The notes under the pieces: generated by a model
The model's input: only the letters and a program-made list of their open reading frames with translations
Told to the model about the DNA's origin: nothing
Databases searched by the model: none
In this document: positions 39,328-46,062 of the stretch, piece after piece
Numbering within the stretch: position 1 is the first letter of the stretch
How the letters are laid out: each line of letters starts with the position of its first letter
Made by a program: the position numbers and the translations under genes
Assembly (NCBI RefSeq): GCF_001194135.2
Contig: NC_068981.1
Coordinates: 180,225,444 to 180,271,505 of the forward strand
Reading direction: 5' to 3'
Length of the DNA stretch: 46,062 bases
Origin: Octopus bimaculoides
Taxonomy: Eukaryota

Positions 39328-40209
39328 AGTTACTGTTAGTTACTGTGAATAATCCTTATTTAAGTAACTTCAAATTTGGTTACTTCTAAAAAACTAGTAT
39401 TATTTTGATATACATTATTATAGCCTAACTCTATATCTATGGGGTAATATAGAAGGTTGTAATTATTGTAGCTCTAAGTTTCTCTTCATATTTCTTACGG
39501 AATTCGCCCTCCGATAAACTACGTAAATAAACAATATTTTTTCTTAGCTACTCTAAAACAATTTTTATATCAATAACTTTAAGTAAAAGATAAGAGATGT
39601 TATATATTACCAATATAATATATTCTCATTTATATTTATAAACACATTTTATTACCGTCTCTACATTAAGTAAGACCCTGATACTTAATTTATATACTTA
39701 TATATTGTAATGGTATGTTATTAAAATAGCCAGATATTGTTTTCGACCTAAACGAATTTAGATTAATATTATTTAATTGTAGATTGTAGATAATTGTAGA
39801 TTCTCTTTACTTAATTATTTTGTCCGTTATAGTTTTGTTGTTTTTTTTTTAATTGTAATTGTTATGTAGTTGAAAGATTAACGCTCACGCTCCTCATCAT
39901 ACTCATGTGAATTAATTTTTTGGCAACCCAGCCGTCCTTTCACACGGAATTTCGTCTGTGTTTTAAACCAAAGCTCTGAAGAAACTGATATAAATGGATA
40001 TGAATTGTTTATAATTCAAATAATGTATATCAGTCGAAACAAATTGTTGGCTTTGTTGGTTTTTTAAATAATTTTTTAATGTTATCTTATATTATATTAT
40101 ATTCATAGTATATTATTTTATATTATAAATAAATTATTAGATTGTCAATTGAATCTCTCTATTTTTTATTGTTCATATGTATGTGTGTGTGTGTGTGCAT
40201 GTGTGTGTA

Positions 40210-41138
40210 TTGGATCATCCCATAAATAATGTGCTTTTTATACTTACTTTTGTTTTCAAAATTAAGATAAACAAAGTTCTTTTTTAATCTCAAATATACA
40301 CTCCTTCAGTTTCTACAATGCTCTTCCATCTCTCTGGTAGACTTGCAAGGCCCCTCTTCTAAAATCTAAAATTCACTTGTCCATGACGAAAAATACTACT
40401 CCAATACACCTCTGACATCGCCTACGGAATTCATACTTTTTCGTCCCAATGATTTTGAAGACTGCGGAATAAATGAGAATCAGATGAGACCATGTCAGGT
40501 GAATATGGTCGGTGGGGCATCGTTTCCCATTCAAAATACTCTAGCTTTAGAATGTCGTCCGCGCTGTATGTGGCTGAGCATTATCCTGATGGAAGAGCAC
40601 CTTTCGTCTTGAAATCAAAGATGGTTGTTTTTCCTCTAACGCTGGTGTCGATAAATAGTTGAATGACCAAATTTAAGCTCCTCTGCTAGTTCCTCAACAG
40701 TTATGACTGGATTTTGTTCCAACAGGGTTTGCAGGATATCCTCGTCGAACTCTACAGATCTTCCAAGTTGAAGCCCATCTTCTAGGCTGTAGTGCTCGGC
40801 TCAGAATTTCTGGAACCACTGTTGACACTGGCTTACGCTTATTGTCCAATCCCCATATACTATATTGATATTCCCCGCACTTTCCGTTGCGTTGTTGTCT
40901 TTATTGAACTAATAATGTAAAATATGCCGAATATGTTCCTTTGTTTTTTCCATTAAAGTTTTGAAAAAATAACTGCTAAAATCGAACTGTTCTCTTCAAA
41001 ACTTGTACTAAGAATAAACGCAAGGTAAAATTATTACCTGCTTTTATAGCAAGTTGATGCAGATAATTTATCCCGTCTCCTCCAACTTTTAGTTCATGCA
41101 AATGAAAGAAAAAACAGCATTATTTATGGGATGATGCC

Positions 41139-41140
<2 letters not shown>
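40210..41140 (-). mobile_element. Internally deleted mariner transposon (transposase pseudogene ~40953-40300)
   Basis: TIRs containing catcccataaataatg at both ends, TA flanks. Minus translation MEKTKEHIRHILHY..WFQKF..NPVITVEELAEEL...HQDNAQPHTAR..YSPDMVSSDSHLF. Confidence 0.9.
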
Positions 41141-41174
<34 letters not shown>

Positions 41175-42340
41175 TTATAAATAGGGGATATAATCATTAA
41201 AATAATTACATCAGCGGCTAGCCTATAAAAGAACCGCCATATCGGTAAAATTAATTTTTAAGTATATAATTATAAAAATATAATTACAATTAAGGTCTCT
41301 GAAGTGCCAACGCCTATACGCTAGATGTAGCTGTCAAATGTCTACAAGCCATTCTCAATTTCTTTCTCTATTTTGTTAATAATGCAAGGCCAAATGCGTG
41401 GTAATGGGCAAGGAGATTTACAAAAATTTCGGATAACCCTTTATCTTAAGATTTTGTGTTCTGTAATACAAAATTACTTTACACTCTTCAGTAGAGATAC
41501 ATCAACAATATATTAGCGAAAACTACATATACATACCGATAAATTTTTGCGTACAGATGCCAATATATACATGCATTTCCCGCATATATACTATATCTAA
41601 TCGACCATCTCAGCCGTGTGGATAATGTCAGAAATCATGCCGGAGAGAATATAGTACCGCAGCAAAATATAATCACTAGAGAACTCAAAATTATATATAC
41701 TTATAGAGGATATAATTATTAAAATGATTATATCAATGGCCAGCGCATAAAAAAAAGCCACCATATCGGTAAAATTAATTTTAAGTATATTATTATACTC
41801 CAGCGCCCTTAATTATAATTTTATTTTTATAATTATATACTTAAAAATTAATTTTATCAATATGTTGGACTTTTATACGCTAGCCATTGATATAATCATT
41901 TTAATGATTATATCCTCTATTTATAGGCATACATAATTTTGGGTTCTCTAGTTATTATATTTTGCTGCAGTACTATATTCACCCTGGCATGATTTCTGAC
42001 ATTAACGCCATGGCTGACATAGGCGATTAGATATATTGTATATTCGAGAAATGCATGTATATATTGGTATCTGTACGCAGAAATTTATCGGTTTGTATAT
42101 GTATCTTTCGCTTATATATTGTTGGTGTATCTCTACTGAAGAGTGTAAAGTAATTTTGTATTACAGAGCACGAAATCTTAAGATAAAGGGTTATCCGAAA
42201 TTTTTCTATATCTTCTTACCCGTATACATTTTTCTAAATCTTCTTACCCGTATACATTTGACATCTACTTCTAGCATATAGGCGTTGGCACTTCAGCGCC
42301 CTTAATTTTAATTATATTTTTTATAATTATAAATATATAT
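41175..42340. repeat. ~1.1-kb imperfect palindrome built from partial tandem pLTR-like units, flanked by (TA)n
   Basis: Left arm ~41260-41797 vs right arm ~41798-42335. The sub-unit aggatataatcattaaaatgattatatc...ggtaaaattaatttttaagtatataattata occurs at ~41178 (+), ~41703 (+), ~41812 (-) and partially at ~42290 (-). Confidence 0.9.
42131..42190 (+). ncRNA. Type I hammerhead motif in the right arm of the palindrome (decayed twin at 41438-41496, minus)
   Basis: cucua-CUGAAGA-GUGU aaa GUAAU uuugu AUUAC aga GCAC-GAA-AUCUUAAGAU-A-aaggg. Canonical core and 10-nt palindromic stem III, but stem I is weak (A-A at the first pair, then 4 bp). The left copy has GAAA changed to AAAA. Confidence 0.6.
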
Positions 42341-42389
42341 ATATATAGTTCAAATTTACAGAAAAACAAAAGACGAAGACAGGTGTATT

Positions 42390-42545
42390 CGTTTAACGGT
42401 CTGGAAAAAAAAGGGAAAAGTCCCGTTTGACCAATGTACAGAGAAGGACAGAGCAAGAGATGCAGTAAATAACATTGCTAGAGATGCAGGTAAAGGAGTC
42501 GGTGACGTAATAGGGACGGTGATGTTTGTCTGTGATGAGGGTTGT
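42390..42545 (-). pseudogene. Penelope-like GIY-YIG endonuclease fragment
   Basis: HRPYYVTDSFTCISSNVIYCISCS then, after a frameshift, LYIGQTG (cf. FTC.SSNVIYCISC..C..LYIGQTGR). Confidence 0.8.
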
Positions 42546-43204
42546 GTATGTATATACGTGCATGGCATGTATGTATGTATGTACGTATGCATGCATGCAC
42601 TTACCAGCGCAAGTATGTACGTACGTATGTGACTGTATGCATTTTTATTTACTAAAATCCTTACTTGGCAGGTGCTTGTTTCTTACAAAAAAGTGCCATA
42701 TCTAGATTTCGGCAAGCAGCAACGATAACTGATACACTTTGAACTTTAGAAAAGTCTTGCCTATTTCTTTCTACTCTGCTTTCTCCTTGTGTTAACCGGT
42801 TTCTTTCTCTAGTTGAAAATTCAAGCATTTCTGCATTGAAACTCAAACCTCTACTAACATAATCAAATGCATCAATGATTATTGTGGCCTAAATATGAAC
42901 TTATAATCATAACTAGCCAAGTATTAAATATTTACTCGTTATTTTTAATACTTTACTCCTTATTTCTATTGGTCTTTCTTGGCCCTGTGGTCATTAAAGA
43001 TGCGTTAAAATATTCCTTTGTCATATTCGGATATTTTACTCTTCACTAAACCCACACAACGGTTTTATCGCTTTGAAACCTGGATTTTCCGCACCTGTAG
43101 AATTTCGATATCCGTTAAGACTAGTATCTGACAGTGTAGATAGCCTAAAGCTCGGATTGAGTGCTACGGTGGAAATACCCCATTTTTCAACCATCCCGAG
43201 ATCA

Positions 43205-43263
43205 CACACACATACAGATAAGTAGACAGATAAATAGATAGATAGACAGACAGACACACAGAC

Positions 43264-43320
<57 letters not shown>

Positions 43321-43329
43321 GATAGATAC

Positions 43330-43387
<58 letters not shown>
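43205..43387. repeat. (GATA)n microsatellite running into a gap
   Basis: Direct reading. Confidence 0.95.
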
Positions 43388-44126
43388 NNNNNNNNNNNNN
43401 NNNNNNNNNNNNNNNNNNNNNNNNNNNNNNNNNNNNNNNNNNNNNNNNNNNNNNNNNNNNNNNNNNNNNNNNNNNNNNNNNNNNNNNNNNNNNNNNNNNN
43501 NNNNNNNNNNNNNNNNNNNNNNNNNNNNNNNNNNNNNNNNNNNNNNNNNNNNNNNNNNNNNNNNNNNNNNNNNNNNNNNNNNNNNNNNNNNNNNNNNNNN
43601 NNNNNNNNNNNNNNNNNNNNNNNNNNNNNNNNNNNNNNNNNNNNNNNNNNNNNNNNNNNNNNNNNNNNNNNNNNNNNNNNNNNNNNNNNNNNNNNNNNNN
43701 NNNNNNNNNNNNNNNNNNNNNNNNNNNNNNNNNNNNNNNNNNNNNNNNNNNNNNNNNNNNNNNNNNNNNNNNNNNNNNNNNNNNNNNNNNNNNNNNNNNN
43801 NNNNNNNNNNNNNNNNNNNNNNNNNNNNNNNNNNNNNNNNNNNNNNNNNNNNNNNNNNNNNNNNNNNNNNNNNNNNNNNNNNNNNNNNNNNNNNNNNNNN
43901 NNNNNNNNNNNNNNNNNNNNNNNNNNNNNNNNNNNNNNNNNNNNNNNNNNNNNNNNNNNNNNNNNNNNNNNNNNNNNNNNNNNNNNNNNNNNNNNNNNNN
44001 NNNNNGCATATATACGTACAGGTATGTGCATACCGACATCCACCTGTATGTATAGGTGCATATCTGGGTACAGGACATTGCAAACAAAACGTAGACGAGA
44101 AAACACACAAGCCACATAGAGAACAT

Positions 44127-44185
44127 TCTTCTTCATCAGCTACCCCCGTTTTAATACCGGCGTTTCGAAGAGCTGGGCAGGACGC
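44127..44185 (-). ncRNA. Candidate non-circularly permuted (rearranged) hammerhead ribozyme
   Basis: Minus strand: GCGU-C-CUGCCC-agc-UCUUC-GAA-ACGC-cgguauuaaaacgg-GGGUAG-CUGAUGA-a-GAAGA. Stems III (4 bp), I (6 bp) and II (5 bp) all pair and every core nucleotide is canonical, but strand order is substrate, GAAA, CUGAUGA. Confidence 0.65.
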
Positions 44186-44327
44186 ATCGTTAAAACGGCT
44201 CTTCCTATGGACCGCAAATTAAATTTGTATACACAAATTAAACCTTGCCATGGACGAATGTAGTGGCGGACAAAAAACAAGACAGGAAAACAAACAGAAA
44301 GGCTATATATATATATATACTTTTATA

Positions 44328-44588
44328 TTTTTACTTGTTTCAGTCATTGGAACGTGGCCATGCTGGGGCACGGTCTTGAAGAATTTTAGTTGAATGAATC
44401 GACTCCAGCACACTTTTAATTTTTTAAATCTAGTACATATTCTAATGACTCTTGCCGAACCGCTTGGTTACGGGGACGTAAACACACCAACAGCGGTTGT
44501 CAAGCTTAGGTGGGAACAAACACAGATATACAGTTACTCACGGACGCACACACACACACACACACGTGTATTTATGTATGTATGTATG

Positions 44589-44626
<38 letters not shown>

Positions 44627-44725
44627 CAGAACGGGCTTCTTTCAGTTTCCGTCTACCAAATCCATTCGTAAAGCTTTGGTTGGCCCGAGGCTATAGTAGA
44701 AGGCATTTGCCCAAGGTACCACGCA
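44328..44725 (-). mobile_element. Long SINE, minus strand
   Basis: tttttacttgtttcagtcatt...ggttacggggacgtaaacacacc...gcttctttcagtttccgtctaccaaatcc...ctatagtagaaggcatttgcccaagg. Confidence 0.9.
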
Positions 44726-45118
44726 TAAAATATGGATGATGGATAGCAGAACCCGTAGATCGACGGCCAAATGTCTTTCAGCGCTTTATGTCACTTCACG
44801 TTCAAATTTACATAAAAGTAACAAAAACTAAATACTGGAACTGATGTAGTATATTAGCTTACATATGTCACCTTAGTTTGTGGCCCTTGCCTATGTTAGA
44901 AATATTTTATAAAAGAGTTTTTATATACCAATACTATGAAGAGCATTTTATACAAGATATATATATATATATATACTCTAAAAGGGATATTATATTTTGG
45001 AGATATATTATGAAAGACTGGTTATACATATATGTATATATTATTGATTAATGGTAATATACATAATAATAGGCTTCAATTTCTCCTCGCTTTCCCAATC
45101 TCTCTCTTTCTCTCTTGC

Positions 45119-45159
<41 letters not shown>

Positions 45160-46062
45160 GCGTGTGCGTGTGCGTGTGTGTGTGTGTATGTTTCAATCTG
45201 CCTAATATATGCCTGCAGGGCAATCATGTTTCAACGTAAAATAGAAGCCATTAATACACAATATATGATTGAAATCTAACCTTATTAGCGAAATTAAAAG
45301 ACAATTGTATATCGGATAGTTAGTTCAAACAAATGGTACGGCGGTCTCTGTATGGGTTCGGTATTCTATCAAAGGAATTCTTAATAAGGAAACACTTCGT
45401 TACAAATGAGAATCATAGCCTACATACGCATACATAGCCATACATACAACATACTCATACATACACATACGTATACATAAATACATACATATATGCATGT
45501 GTGGTGTGTGTGAAATTTCTTGATGAAATTTAACGTAAAATGCTCGCAGACATATCAACTTCGGGGCAACTGCTGCCATTTATTGCTAAAATACCAAACG
45601 GAGCAAAAAATCAGATTATTTCAAGGGGAAAAAAAAACTCTAAAAGAAATTATTCTATATATCTCTCGTACCGTCTATGTCTGCGTGTGCGTGCGTGCGT
45701 GCGTGATTGCGTACATGTGAGTGCTTGTGCGCCCTGTGTGCACATGTGAGAGTTTGCTTGTCTGTATGGTTGTGCTTATACACATACATCATCAGGTGTG
45801 TCTCTATAGATGCATCTACCTATGCAATCTACAAAAGTATAGTGTTTCTCTTCTCAGTGATCCACTGTCAATTTCTAAGAAATGTTTCTCTGAGAGTTTA
45901 GCCTGTCTTTCTGTCTGCTTTTCATGTGTCTGTCTCTACTTTTACATTCATACATACATAAATTGATACATCCACACTCACTCACTCACACACACACGCT
46001 CACACACATACATACACAAGTATATATGTAAATACATATATATATATACATATATATATATG

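Noticed and set aside
44140-44204. HDV-like, twister or ordinary type I/II hammerhead reading of the 44.1-kb pseudoknot
   Set aside because: No P3/P1.1/P4 or J4/2 for HDV; the type I reading needs core CGAUGC with no stem II; the type II reading has only a 3-bp stem I. The permuted reading satisfies all stems and core bases.

Overview
AT-rich, microsatellite-laden animal genomic DNA with 11 assembly gaps. The SINE families look like Octopus (cephalopod) repeats; this is from recall, not a database search. No intact host protein-coding gene or exon can be supported, so the window is probably intronic or intergenic. It is a mosaic of decayed transposons: two abundant tRNA-derived SINE families, L1/Tx1 LINE fragments, five Penelope-like (PLE) fragments, Gypsy and Copia remnants, mariner elements and MITE-like fold-backs. 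The main signal is a cluster of about 8 hammerhead ribozyme motifs, mostly inside (TA)n-adjacent fold-back or palindromic elements. Most are minimal type I hammerheads with a palindromic stem III, some intact and some decayed. One (minus strand, 44127-44185) has a complete canonical core whose three strands are in a non-circularly permuted order, giving a pseudoknotted topology. A SINE with a target-site duplication also shares its 3' tail with the Tx1-like LINE. All structures were parsed by eye and need computational and biochemical confirmation.
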